From Azolla caroliniana (Eukaryota; Plantae; Polypodiophyta), in assembly GCA_043228905.1 (NCBI GenBank), contig JBHGNT010000008.1:20460001-20524000 (forward strand): a stretch of 64,000 nucleotides of DNA, in the 5' to 3' direction. A program made the translations under genes and the position numbers. Below are positions 35,844-50,100 of the stretch, piece after piece. Numbering within the stretch: the first letter of the stretch is position 1; each line of letters opens with the position of its first letter. Under the pieces are notes generated by a model. The model was not told where the DNA came from, did not search any database, and saw only the letters and a list, made by a program, of their open reading frames with translations.

Positions 35844-38800
35844 TGTCACGGATCATAAACTCAAGAGACAAGCAAGAAGATAACTAAATGGACAAGAAAG
35901 AAGATAGTATTAAAGGAAAGACTCCATAACTGGTGTTGTTCACCTTGAATTCCTTCAAGGTGAACTCCTCTATTTATACTACATGGCATGCATACTTGTT
36001 GCACGGATGTGAATCTACAATAGAGCATGTAGGTATGCATGCATGTGCCAAGTGTAAATACTACAAGGGAGCAACTATGCACATGATGCTAGCATAGTTG
36101 CTAGCAAAATAATAAGGACCAATTACATACATAACTAGTACTAGATATCTTGGTTAACTCATAATACTAGATTATAACATGGTCGTACATTATGCTAGCA
36201 AAATAATAAGGACCAATTACATACATAACTAGTACTAGATATCTTGGTTAACTCATAATACTAGATTATAACATGGTCATGTCAAGAGTTCGAATCTTGA
36301 CATTATCCCCCCTCTTACGCCGCCTTCCCAAATCGGCCGCTGGTTTGTGGGGATATCGGTGATGAAAATCTTGGACGACCTCTTGGGCATTTTGTAAATT
36401 TGCCGATGGTTCCCATGTGGCCTTAGACATGGGGTAATCCCTCCATAGGACGAGGTATTGCAAGTGTCGACAGTGCCAACGCGAGTCAAGGATTTGGTCG
36501 ACCTCGTATTCCTCCCCTGTCGTCAATTGCACAGGTGGTGGTGGTGGGGCTTGACGTCCTGGGAGTTGTGAAGCATAATGGGGTTCGAGGAGGGAGACAT
36601 GAAAAACATCGTGAATCCGGAAGTGGGATGGAAGGGCGAGCCGGTAGGCGACGGGATTGTTGCACTCGATGATACGGAATGGTCCCAACTTCTTGTAATC
36701 AAGTTTCGCACATGGACGATTAGTAGAGATGTGTCGACGTAACAACCAGACCATGTCTCCAACGACAAAGTGTGGAGTGGAAGATCGATGGAGATCAACC
36801 TGCTTCTTGTATCGTTCACTAGCAAGACTAAGCTCCAAGGATAAATCATGAGGTAGTTCTTCCAAAATGTGGGCGCGATCCTCTGCCGAAGGGTTCACGG
36901 AAGTGGTAGGAAGGGAAATGTTGAAGCGAGGATGTAAACCGTAGTTGGCAAAGAAGGGAGTGACGCCAGTCGATGCATGGAGAGAATTATTGTAGGCGAA
37001 TTCCGCGAGCGAAAGTAAGTTGACCCAATCATCTTGTTGGTAACTAACCGAGCACCGAAGATACTGCTCAAGGATTTGGTTGACACACTCCGTTTGCCCG
37101 TCAGTTTGGGGGTGATAAGCGGAGGACAACTTGACAGAGATGCCTAAAGTTTGTAGCAGGCGCTGCCAGAAGTGAGAGACAAACTGGGGTCCGCGATCCG
37201 AGATGACATCATCGGGGAGTCCATGCAAGCGTACCACATTGTTGAGTAGGAGATGCACCATTCCTTCTCCGGAAATGGTTTTGGAGCATGGAGTGAAGTG
37301 AGCCATCTTCATAAACCGATCGACAACGAACAACACCGAGTCATAGCTATTGACCAAAGGTAGATCAGTTATCATGTCCATAGAGCTAGAGGCCCAAGGA
37401 CGACGAGGACATGGAAGCGGCTGTAGTAAGCCGTATGGCCGATGATGAATGGCTTTGGAGCGAGCACAAACCTCACAACTCTTTATGTATTCTTTGACCT
37501 GCTTCCATGGTTGTGGTCACCAATACCCCCGAGAGATTAGCTCGAGGGTTTTCGCGACCCCAAAATGACCTGCAAGTGGGTCATCGTGGCATTCCCACAA
37601 CACCCGAGTGCGACATGGGCCCTCTGGGACGTATAAGAGATGATCTCGGAACAACAAACCCTCTTGTATGGTGAAGGTGTCAAGATCCTTCCTTTTGGTC
37701 GCCTTGGAGGGGTTTTGCAGACTATCTCGAATCTCGTTGGCGAACGCATCGGTCTTGGATGCATCAGTGATTTGTTGGAGTAAAGAATTATCCTGCAACA
37801 TACAAGTGGCAAAAAGATGCAATTGGCCGGGTTTCAACAAACGTCTAGATTGTTGAGCATAAGCAGCATCCCCAGGGCGGAGTGCAAGGTCAGCTCGGTG
37901 AGAAAGGGCATCAGCCTTCCCATGTTGGCCACCAGGTCGAAATACGATCTCAAAATCGTAGTCGACGAGAAATGTCGACCAACGGGCTTGCCTTCGATTC
38001 AAAGTACGAGTGGTGGAAAAATAAACTAAATTTTTATGATCAGTCACTACCTGGACACGATGTTGTGCGCCGGCCAAGTAGGGTCGCCATTCTTCAAAGG
38101 CAGCAATGATAGCAGCAAGCTCCTTGTCGTAAATGGGATAATTGATTTCGGATGCCATAAATTTTCGGGAATAGTAAGCCACTAGATGCATTAGGTTGTT
38201 GTCGTCTGCCTGGGATAAGATGGCGCCAATTGCAAAGTCAGAGGCATCTGTTTCGACTTGGAAGGGTTTTGTGGGGTCAGCATGTAGCAGCACCGGGGCA
38301 GTGATGAATGCGTGTTTGAGTGAGTCGAACACATTTTGTGCCTCCGAGGTCCATAAAAATGGAGTGCCTTTATGGGTGAGAACGATAAGAGGTTGTGCTA
38401 GGGTGGAAAACCCCTTGATGAAGCGACGGTAAAAATTCGCGAAGCCGAGGAAGGATTGCACATCTTTAAGTCGCCTTGGAGTCGCCCACGCCTGAATGAC
38501 AGAGACCTTCTTCATATCCATGGTGATGCCAATGGGCGAGATGATGTAGCCTAGAAATTCGATTGAGGTACGGTCGAACTCGCATTTCTCGCCTTTGGCA
38601 TAAAGGCCATGCTCACGAAGTTTGGCAAGAACTAATCGGACTTGGCGAGTGTGCTCCTCCATGTTTGGCGAGAAAATGAGAATATCATCGAGGTAAATGA
38701 CAACAAAAAGATCAAGATATTCCCGGAAAATATCGTTCATCATATGTTGAAAAACTGCGGGAGTGTTAGTAAGACCAAAAGGCATTACCTTGTATTCGAA

Positions 38801-39040
38801 ATGCCCATACCGTGTTCGAAATGCGGTTTTCCATTCATCCCCCGACTTGATGCGTACTAGATTGTACGCTCCACGCAGATAAACTTTGGAGAAGACACGC
38901 GCAACTCAGAGCCGATCAAGGAGTTAGGGGATCAGAGGTAGCGGATAGCGGTTGCGCACAGTGAGTTTGTTGAGACCTCGGTAGTCGACGCATAAGCGTA
39001 GAGAGCCGTCCTTCTTCTTCACAAATAAAATGGGGGCATG
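35844..39040 (-). mobile_element. 5'-truncated chromovirus (Ty3/Gypsy, Tcn1-like): RT-RH-INT-chromodomain, PPT 36303-36316, 3' LTR 35844-36302
   Basis: MPFGLTN, YLDDILI, ETDASDFAIGA, SDRGPQF, HPQTDGQTE, chromodomain EYEVDQILDSR..QYLVLW..TWEP. Confidence 0.93.
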
Positions 39041-40466
39041 AGCCTCGTGACAAACCCTTCCCATTGATGATGTGAGTTTCTCGATGTCATAAGTTCAGGA
39101 CTTGTCATCTTGGGAATCTTCCTCCAAATCTGTGTAAGTTTGCAATCCAACCTCAAAATCACAAACCGAAAATTCTAACACAATCCCTAATAGATTGAGA
39201 ATAATAATGTATAGTGGATTTATGAAATTAATTTTATATGAATAGCAAAAAATTTATCGTATTGAAGATTAAAAGAACGGTCTAAATATAAACAAGATCA
39301 TTCTCGACTCCATTACATGAAGTACATTGAAATGTAAGAATCTAAGAAGATAGAGATGTTGGAATTGTGGTTAAGAAGGATATCCTTCAGTTTTTGTTTG
39401 GATTGATTAGTTTGATGGCTTTGTTGGCTTATGATTCGTTACTCCAAGCTCATTCAAGATTTTGGCAACACTTCAAGCTTGATCCAAATAATGAGCTATC
39501 CTCTCCCTTTTCTAGGTTTCTAAAAGGCCCTTACCAAAATAATAAGTTTCTTTTTATAGCACTTGACATTGAGACTCAATTGATTCACCCTTCATCATCC
39601 ATTACAAGATTTGAATGTCTGACCTCTTGATCGTAATGAAGATCTTGATGACTAAGCTAAGTCTTTTTGTTATTTTTAACTTCGTTTTCTCTCATGACAT
39701 TCTTTCCATACTTCTACCCTTCAATCTTTTATATATTTGGTTTTCTTGTTTTCGTCGTGTGCACTCACCATATGATGACAATGTTTCAGAAAACAATGAG
39801 CAAGTAATAATCACTTACGAACGATCTAAGAGAAAGATGTGAACATTGGATAGCGATGGACTCATAGCATGCAATGGTTTATGAAGAGATTGTAAATTTA
39901 CTATTTCAAATGCTAGAGGTTAGTGAGTGATGAGTAGATCATCCAAACTAAGACATTGGGCCAACCTTTTAACTTCTCATCAAGGTAGGTTTAAACTGAA
40001 TAATAGAGATCTCCTAAAATTTAAAGGCCATACCTTGAACACTTCAATAAAAAAGATGTAGGCTTATATGCTCTATCACAAAATGTTTTGCTCTTCCTTA
40101 TGAACCATTTCACCATGTGGACATGCTCTTCCATTGCACTCGGTTTCATCAACAATGTGTGTAGACTTTGGGTGGTTGTTTCTTTTTCTCTCTCCAATAT
40201 ACAAAAATTTGGACGATCAATTGGAATTTCATTGCCGCATATTAAACGTATTATACTTACACAACAAGTCCTTTATTTGAAACAAAACCCCAAGGCCATG
40301 TTCAATTGCAATTTCTAGGCCAGATATTGAACGTCTTATACTTACACAACAAGTTCATTATTTTAGAGAAAACTCCAAGACCATCCGAAGATAGGCTTGG
40401 AAGAACAACTTGTTAATGCCTACAATGGTATTGTAATCATGGACAAAAAAAAGAGGGACAATGTAG

Positions 40467-43400
40467 TCATGAACAAGAGAGATTCTTAGTAGCCTGTACA
40501 CCCAGGATATTGCAGTAATGCTTGTAGATATCTATGCGGATGTTTTGAGCGTTACCTTCACACTCTTTACCATTGATGACTTTAATTGTGGCGCCGAACC
40601 CGTGATGGTTCACCATTGCATGATGACACGTGAGTGTCGATTGTGTCATCCAGAACCACACCACAGTCTTGAATGAGATGTGGGGGTCGGTCGCGATGAC
40701 CCCGGGATTATGGATTCCATTGAAACCCATGTCTCTTCCAGCCGCGAGGTAGTTGTAGTTCCGTGTGAGCTGGAGAGGTCCGCGGCCATAGTATTGTTAG
40801 GTAGGGTCACATAACTCTAGTAGGCAATGCAGTCCCTTTCCATCCTCTTCCGTGTATGCCCCATCTGGTAGAACAAAATGTTAGACATGATAACTCAATT
40901 TCATCCCTTTGAAGTGTAAAACAAAGAACTACAAGACATATGAAAGGCATACTACATACATCCCGTCTCGTGAGCCACGTGGGCGAAGAATGCCGCGAGC
41001 TCATGTCTCCGTGCATGGTCAGTTCCGGTGGTTCCGAAGCTGTTAAACGCATTTGCCGCCTCGATGAACATGGGGTAAGTGTAGACACCATTCGCGGTGT
41101 TATACATGTATCCCCGATACATGGCAAGTGTGAAAAGGCCAAAACTGGTCTTTCACTTAGTTGTGTGGGGAGAGAGAGAGTGTGAGTTAGTGAGTGTGAG
41201 TGAGCGAGTGTCTGCTTCCTCTCTATGTGTCGTTTTTCCCCCTTTTTCTCTGTTACATAGATTTACCCTCATTATCTTTGTTGTAATCTCCACCCTGTTG
41301 TATCAATTGAACCCCCTTTGTTGCTCACCCCCTATTCCTCTCATGCATACTACAACTAAGAAGGAGCACCACTCCTTCATCCTTCACTGTCCATGCATTA
41401 CAATTAAGAGCATAACAGACAAATTTTCTCTTGATTTTTCTGCTCTATCGATTCACATCACTGGTATCAGAGCTTGAGAGACAGCGAGGGGAAGCTTTGG
41501 AGTCGGAAGCAACAAGCGCCCGAGACTTGTAGTGGCGTAGGAGATTCGTGTGGCGAGCGTTGGAGTATTGGGGTTAGTTGAAGCATCTACCTATTGTTGG
41601 GCATCTCCAGCATCTTCGACATTGAAGAAAGGAGCCTGCTATTCACAGGTACTTCCCTTGGTTAAACTCTCTTATTATCCATCATATGCGAAACATTCTT
41701 TGGGTGAAATAAGTTGTGGTGGGAGAGACCCCTACCACATTTGCAAGAGAGATTTGGGGTTAATGTGAATGCATAGCAAAGCCAATGCCTATAGTTTGTG
41801 GTTTGAGATATGTATGTGAGTCAATATCGTAGCTACATTTGGAAGAGAAATTTGGGGTCAATGTGAATGTATAACAAAGTAGTTGCCTACAATTTGTGAT
41901 TGGGAGATGTATGTTAGTCAATATTGTTGACATTTCGGAAATTATATGTCCTTAAGTGGTGCTTGTTATATGCAAGAGTGGTATCAGCCCTCTTTGACAA
42001 TTCACTGCTGATATTTTGGAAGTTGTATGCTTCCAATGGTGCACGTTGCACAAAATATTGGGTATCAATCTTTGATAGTTTGCCATAAGCTAGTTGGTTA
42101 CAAGTTTTTTGTTGCCCAATCATTGCCTGATACTGTCGTTCACTCCCATGGAGTCTGAAACGTTGGATGTATCTAGTAGCATTTATGTTGCTCGCAATAG
42201 TTCAAGTAAGAACTATTCCTTTTTGGGAAAAGATCATATTGAGATCCGGAAATTTGATGGATCTAATTTTGCTTTGTGGAAGAATCAGATGCGTGATGTA
42301 TTGGTTCAAAGAAAGCAAACGAGGTCCCTAGGCGGCAAAGTGAAGAAGCCGAATGACATGGATGATGATGATTGGGAGGAACTTGATACCTTGACCATGT
42401 CCACTATAAGACTGCACTTGGCGGATAGTGTCTACTTTAATGTTTTAGATAGCCAAAACTCCGAAGAACTTTGGAAAAAATTATGCAATACATATGAGAA
42501 GGAGACTGCAACAAACAAGGTGTATTTGATGAGAAAGGTATATGACCTTCGTATGAAGGATACAGATAGTATTGCGTCTCATTTAAATCAGTTTGATGCA
42601 TTATGGTCGCAATTGCAAGCTCAAAAAATGACCATGGATGATGAGCTGAAAGCTGTATTTTTGCTATGCACATTGCCTAGCTCATGGGACACATTTTGCA
42701 CCGCTATTAGTGCTAGTGTACCAAACGGTAAATTGGTGTAAAATGACATAAGTGGAGCACTATTGGGTGAAGAAATACGTAGGAAATCTATGGTTTCCTC
42801 ACAAGTTGGAGATGCATATTATGTTCGAGATGCTGGTTATGGTAAAAACCAGCAACGTGGTAGAAGCCAAACCAGAAATAGTCATGGAAATCATTACAAG
42901 AGCAGAAGTAAGTCTAGGAAGAGACTTGTGGAATGCCATTATTGCCACAAGAAGGGTCATATTAAGAAAGACTGTTATGCCTTGAAGAACAAAGAAAAGG
43001 AAAAGAGTAAAACTCATGGTGATGGGCATGTTAAACAATTGGTTGGTTCATCATCTTCGCTGAAAATAGAGGAAATAAATGTTGCATGCGATGATGGTGT
43101 TGACATCTTGGTCATGGATGAGGATGCTACCTATGTTGAGGCTAATATTGCTCATGCGTTTGCTCATACATGGTTGTTGGACTCTGGTACTTCATTTCAT
43201 GTGACTCCACATAGAGAGAGGTTCACACGATACGAAGCTAAATCACTTGGTACAGCCCAACTTGGAGATTCACATTAGTGTGATGTGATTGGCATCGGAG
43301 ATTTCATGGTACAATTTTTTGATGGCTCTCAGTTTACCTTACAAAATGTATGCCATGTGCTTGAGCTAACTCGTAACTTAATGTCTGTTGGACAACTTGA

Positions 43401-46400
43401 TAACATTGGTTTTAAAGTGATTTTTGTTGCCCAGTCCTTTCGTATTACGAAAGGAAATATGGTTATTGCTAAAGGGAACAAAGTTGGTTCACTTTATCCT
43501 TTAGTTGTCCATCAAAAGGAGCATCTTTTGACAGTCACAGAACATCCTATGACTTGTATTTGGCATGGCCGTTTAGGTCACATGTCTCGTATTGGAATGG
43601 AAACATTATCACGTTTTGGCTATTTACCTATGTTATCATTTTCAAATTTTTCAGTTTGTGAGCATTGTCAATATGGTAAACAAACTAGAAGTGTGCATCA
43701 GAATATTAATTCTGATTCGTCTACTCAACCCTTGGATCTAGTTCATACGGATGTATGTGGCCCTATGCCTACCAAATCATTGGGTAGAGCTTTGTATTTT
43801 ATTACATTTATTGATGATGCCACAAGAAAGGTTTGGGTGTATCCCATAAAACAAAAGGGTGATGTATACTCTACTTTTAGAAAATGGCTTGCCTTGGTGG
43901 AGACTGAAAAGGGTATAAAGCTTAAGGCTTACGTTCTGATAATGGAGGTGAGTATACCTCTCATGAGTTCAGAGATTTTTGTGATTCTAGAGGCATACGT
44001 AGAGAGTTTACTGCCCCTTACACTCCGGTACAAAATGGTGTGGCAGAAAGGATGAATAGAACCATCCAGGACTGGGTTGTTTCTATGTTGCATCATGCAA
44101 ATCTGCCGCAAGGTTTTTGGCCTAAAGCAGTTCGAACAACAGTCCATGTGATAAATCTATCACCTAGCACTGCCAAAGGCTTCAAAGTGGCACAAGAGTT
44201 GTGGATAGGAAAAACCCCAAACTATGATCATCTTAGGGTATTTGGATGTGAAGCGTATGTTCATGTTCCAAAACAATTAAGGCAAAAACTAGATTTTAAG
44301 AGCAGGAAATGTATTTTCCTTGGCTATGGTGTAGATGGTCAATTTGGATATCGTTTGTGAGATCCTAAAACGCACACTATAGTCAGAAGTAGTGATGTCG
44401 TTTTCAATGAAAAGATTATGCATAAGCAGCCAATTAAGGAAGTGGAAGTGAGGAAAGTGACATTTCAGGATGTTATACCCTCTATTAGTGTGGAAAAGGA
44501 TAACCCCACACCGATGCTGAACAGTCCTATAAATGTTCACCCATATGCGGATGTTCAAAATGAGGATGCATGTGTACAACCTAAAAACAGTCCAACTCTG
44601 GTTCAGCAACCAATGAGACGATCTACTCGTGTCTCTAGGCCCACCTGCTAAGCTCACAGACTATGTGATGTTAACGGATGGTGGTGAACCCTCTTGTTAT
44701 AAGGAAGCTATTTTGGCCAATGATCATGCTAAGTGGGAGCGTGCCATGCAAAATGAATTGGACAGCATTTATAAAAATCGTACTTGGGATCTAGTACCTT
44801 TGCCAAAGGACAGGAAAGCATTGCCATGCAAATGGGTATACAAGTACAAGTGTACATCTGATAATGCTTCCCCAAAGTATAAAGCACGCTTGGTTGCCAA
44901 AGGTTTCAAGCAAGAACATGGAATTGATTTTGATGAAACCTTTTCTCCTGTAGTTAAGATGACTGCATTGCGTATGTTGCTTTCATTGGCTGCAAATCAA
45001 AATTTGGGATTAGTCCAAATGGATGTGAAGACTGCCTTTTTACATGGGGACCTTGATGAGGATATTTATATGGAACAACCTGAAGGTCCTGAAGTCTCGG
45101 GAAAAGAACATTTGGTACGTAAACTCAAGAAGAGTTTTTATGGGCTTAAGCAGTCCCCTAGGTTGTGGTACCAAAAGTTTGATGCTTTTATGAAGACTCA
45201 AGGATATACTAGAAGTAATGAGGATGCATGTCTTTATACAAAAAATTGTTCAGATGGGAGTTTTATCACATTGTTGTTGGTAAAAACAAGGGTGAGTTAT
45301 CCTCATTGAAGAAAAACTTGGGCCAGAATTTTGACATGAAGGATTTGGGAGATGCAAAACATATTCTTGGTATGCGTATTACTTGTGATAGGAGTAAGCG
45401 ATGCATTTACTTGTCTCAAGCTAAGTACATATCGAAAGTGCTCAAGAGGTTTAATATGGAGAATGCAAAGCCGTTGAGCTCTCCATTGCCTACATATGTA
45501 AAACTGAGCACATGTGATTGCCCCACATCTGATGAGGACAAGGAATTCATGTCCAAGGTTCCTTATCAATCCACAGTTGGGAGTCTTATGTATGCCATGG
45601 TGGCTACTAGACTAGACATTACATTTGCAGTGGGAGTTGTAAGTCGATTCATGTCAAACCCTAGTAAGAAACACTTGGATGCAGTTAAGTTGATATTGAG
45701 ATATCTGAGTGGCACTAAGGATAAGTGCCCTTGTTTAGGCAAAGGGGATGCCTCTATCATTGGATACACAGATTCAGATTATACCATATGCGCTGACAAT
45801 AGGAAATCTACTTCAGGGTACATCTTTCAGATTATGGGAGGTGTTATTGCTTGGAGATCTCATCTTCAAGATTGTGTCGCATTGTCAACAATAGAGGCTA
45901 AGTATGTTGCAGCCAATGAGGCATGTATGGAAGCGGTGTGGCTGTCTCGATTAGCTAGTGACATGGGTATACCACAACATGTGCCCAAACTGTTTTGTGA
46001 TAGTCAGAGTGCCATTGCTTTGCCTAAGAATCTGGTATATCATGCGAAGACCAAACATATTGGAGTGTGATACCATTTTATTCGAGAATGCATAGCTAAT
46101 GGTTATATTAGCCTTGAGAAGGTTGTTTCTCGCGAAAATGTTGCAGATGCATTGACCAAGGCCTTACCACAAGATGCGTTGGAGCATTGTTATTACTTGA
46201 TGGGAATTACTTAGTACCTTACGTTACACACTTGTCGTGTACATTGTGTAACATGCCCATCAGGTGGGAGGTCTAGGTCTAGGTCTTGTACAGGTCAACC
46301 TTCCATTATTTGTACTCCTAGTTTAGGCCTTTTAGTGGGAGATTGTTATACGTGTATCCCCGATACATGGCAAGTGTGAAAAGGCCAAAACTGGTCTTTC

Positions 46401-46878
46401 ACTTAGTTGTGTGGGGAGAGAGAGAGAGTGAGTAGTGAGTGTGAGTGAGCGAGTGTCTGCTACCTCTCTATGTGTCGTTTTTCCCCTTTTCTCTCTGTTG
46501 CAGAGATTTACCCTCTTTATCTCTGTTGTAATCTCCACCCTATTGTATCAATTGAACCCCCTTTGTTGCTCACCCCCTATTCCTCTCGTGCATACTACAA
46601 CTAAGAAGGAGCACCACTCCTTCATCCTTCATTGTCCGTGCATTACAATCAAGAGCAGAACAGACAAATTGTCTCTTGATTTTTCTGTTCTATCGATTCA
46701 CATCAGTGGCGGCCGGGGAGTGCCGTAGCGGGAGGAACTGATCGAAGATATCCCTCGTGATGATGGATGCGACATCACCATTATTCTGTTGGGCGTGACA
46801 CGTGAGCACATGGTAAACGAGCAGAGCCGAAAGCGATGAGGCGGCCACAAACCCAGCTCTCTTCTGCTGGTGCTCCAT
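40467..46878 (-). pseudogene. GH19 chitinase pseudogene without a hevein domain: exon 1 at 46878-46706 plus 41097-40960 (split by Copia), exon 2 at 40864-40467
   Basis: Signal peptide followed by VASIITRDIFDQFLP; [14 protein letters not shown]; phase-1 intron at the same site as in the intact gene; YYGRGPLQLTRNYNY; premature TAA at 40797-40799. Confidence 0.92.
41098..46705 (+). mobile_element. Full-length decayed Copia (Tnt1/Tork-like) inserted in chitinase exon 1; LTRs 41098-41460 and 46344-46705
   Basis: PBS TGGTATCAGAGC at 41462; KFDGSNFALWK gag, [31 protein letters not shown]; PPT AGTGGGAGA; flanks GCGG/GTGG. Confidence 0.95.
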
Positions 46879-47146
46879 AGAATTAACAAGAGTGAATATG
46901 TTACAAACAATGATAGTGTGTGTAACCTTCTGTTGTGAGTTAAGCCTCTCACAAAATGCACATTTAGAATGCAATGAGTAGTGTAGGCAACTACTCAAGA
47001 AAAAGTAAGTCCTTATGGGTTTTCTGGTCAATATTGTTTGTTCCTCTCGGTCATGGTCTCTCTTTCCACAAAAGTTCCTCACAATTATCATCTCTTTTTA
47101 TCTATACATGTACCCCTCTTGTGACTCTACCTAGCTCTAAATGTAT

Positions 47147-50100
47147 TGTTGAGAGACAAGCTCAACATCGGCCGGATCGGCTGAAGAAGCCGAGGACCGG
47201 ATCGGCTGGGACCGATCGGTTAGGCCAAGTGCGTAAACCGGGAGGTCGTTAGGAAAGATATTCCGTGAGGAATATATTTGGGAGTTAGTGTAGGAGCTCT
47301 TGATGAGCATTGAAGTACTGTTAGTACTTCGGTCAGTCCTTCTAGGACTTGTATAAAAGTGTTCACTGAGCACGTCTTATGTATAGACTGAGTATTATTG
47401 TTGAATATAGTTTTTTGTGTTTCACTCTATGTCTCTCCTGTGTATACCGTGTAAGCCCAAGCTCTCCATTGAACCTGAGTTTTCCTTCCTTCTGTTCTGT
47501 CTTCATACTTGCTTCCGCACGCTACTTTTTACATGGTATCAGAGCGCGAGGGTTGAGAACCTCTCTGCAGCCGACACAGCTTGACGAAGAAGAACAAGAA
47601 GAACGATGGATAGAGGCATGGCGAGCTAGCTTCCAACAGAGAAGCTCCACAGAACCAACTACGCGTCTTGGTCCTACAAGATGCACCAGTACCTGCTCGG
47701 CCACGGCTACTGGAGTTACGTCGAAGGAGCTAATGACGCGGCACCCGAATCGATACACAGAGACTTACCGTCGTGGGAGCAATCGGCGAGCAGGGTATTG
47801 TACTGCTTCGCGTCGTGTGTGGGCTACAAACTATTGAGCTATGTTCGGGATGCAAAGACGCCGAAGGGTGCGTGGGAAAATATGAAGAAGATTTTCGCCG
47901 CGACCACCACAGCCAGGAAGCTTCAGCTCCGACAGGAGTTGAGCAACCTACGACAACGCGACATGTTGGTGGCGGACTATACCTCGAAGATCAAGGATAT
48001 CTTCGTCTCCCTCGCCTCCATAGAGGTGAACATCAAGGAGAGCGAGATGGTCCAGATCTGTTTCGGAGGTTTGGCGTCGAAGTTCGGAGCGTTCCGAACG
48101 GCTGTGTGTACCCGGGAGAATACGCCGTCCTTTTTCGACTTGCAGTCGATGCTCCTAGTAGAGGAGAACCACGCGGGTGCGTCTACAAGCACGCACACCG
48201 ACAGCAGAATGTTGTACACGGAGGGAGATAGGCCCCGTGGACGTGGAGGACGAGGCGAGTCGGCACGCAATGCAGGCGGCCGACGAGATCAAGGAAGAAG
48301 GCACCGAAGTGATGCCGACAGCAACTCCGGACCCTCCAGAGACAGGGGGAGTCGAAGCGACGAGAACCGGCAAGGGAAGGCCATCGCGGAGTGCTGGTAC
48401 TGTGGCAAGGAAGGCCACAGGGAAAGTGAGTGCTAGAAAGAGCGCGCCGACTCGGAGAGAACCGGTTCCGGAAACGGCTCCGGACATACCGACAAGGGAA
48501 ATTGGCAGCGATCGCACTACGCCAAAGACTCCGGGAGAGCCGGAGAAGGGTCTGTCTTCGTGACGAGACACGAAGCAAACTCAATGAAACAAAGCACCCC
48601 GAGATCGGACGAGGTATGGTACGTAGACTCCAGCGCGTCAAACCACATGACGAGCCATAAGGAGTGGTTCTCGTACCTTGAAAAACCGATGCAACCTGAA
48701 GTAGTCGCAACTGGAGACGACACTCCGCATCCGATCGCGAATGTCGGAGAAGTTCCCCTTAGCCATGTCGGGCAGAAAGGGAAACTCATGAACGTGTTGC
48801 ACGTTCCGACAATCACGAAAAACTTGGTCTGGGTCGGACAGATCGTCGACCAAGGGATGGAGGTTCGGTTTACACACTTCGGGTGCTTCATTGAGGAAGA
48901 GGCCGTGTGATTGCACGAGGGCGCAGAGACGGGAGGATGTTCATCCTCGACTCCACTAGCGGGGGCACCGCAATGTTCGCGAAGGGACAAAAGTCCGAGT
49001 CGAACATCGACTTGTGGCACAAGCGGATAGGCCACGTAAGGTACCAGCGGCTTCAGGATCTGCAATCGAAACAGGTAGTGTTCGGATTGCCCAAATTTAG
49101 TGGCCGAAAGGCACAAATTTGTGAAGCCTAGCAGCTCGGGAAGCAAAACCGACTTCCCTTCCCAAACGAGCGAAACCGGAGCCGGAATAAGCTCGACCAT
49201 ATACACTCCGATGTATGGGGGCCAGCACAAAACGTTAGTCTTGGCGGGAGCCGATATTTCGTCTCCTTCATCGACGATCACACACGGCACACGTGGATCT
49301 ACCTCATTGAGAGGAAGAGCGAAGTCTTCGACTATTTCCGTGACCTCAAAGGGTTCGTGGAAACAGAAACGGGACGGAAGATCAAGTGCCTGCGGTCGGA
49401 TGGCAGGAAAGAGTACTTTTCCGGTCAATTCAACGCTTATCTACAACAAATGGGAATTCGCCGAGAATGAAGTTGTAGATACACGCCAGAGCAGAACGGC
49501 GTGGCCGAGAGAAAGAATCAGTCAGTTGTGGAAGCGGCACGGGCAATATTGGAGGAGAAGAGCTTGCCCAAGTTCTACTGGCCCGAGGCGGTAAGGACCG
49601 TGGTATACACCCAGAACCGGATCGGAGACAAAGTGTCGGCGCACGAGCTATATTTCGGAACGAAGCTGAACTTGCAACACTTGAGGGTGTTCGGTAGAAT
49701 TGCGTATGTGCATATACCGAAGGAGAAAAGGAGGAAGCTGGACGCAAAGGCCGAGAAATGCATCTTGGTCGGTTACTCGGACGAGCAGAAGGGTTATAAC
49801 TGCTATAACCCTCGCACCAAACAAGCGCGTGTCAGCCACGACGTTGTGTTTGACAAGTCTGCGTCTTGGTGCCTGCCCCCGACTATGAACCCCGACTCCA
49901 ATCCGAGCTCTGACGATGAGGTCAGCGAGGCCGAGATGCCTCCGGATGAGCCTAAATGGAGACCCGCGACGAGAGTCCGATTTCACTCCGGTTAAGTGGA
50001 CCGATTGGACGATTGAGTTGGTACAACCAGTCCGATGAAGAGTCGGCGAGTAGTGGAGACTCGGTCGTGCATTCCCCGCGCAAGAAGCCGAGGAGACGGC

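Noticed and set aside
48517-49428. 303-aa antisense ORF, also open at 59075-59986
   Set aside because: It is the shadow frame of the GC-rich Copia protease/integrase coding strand, and its recurrence reflects family identity.
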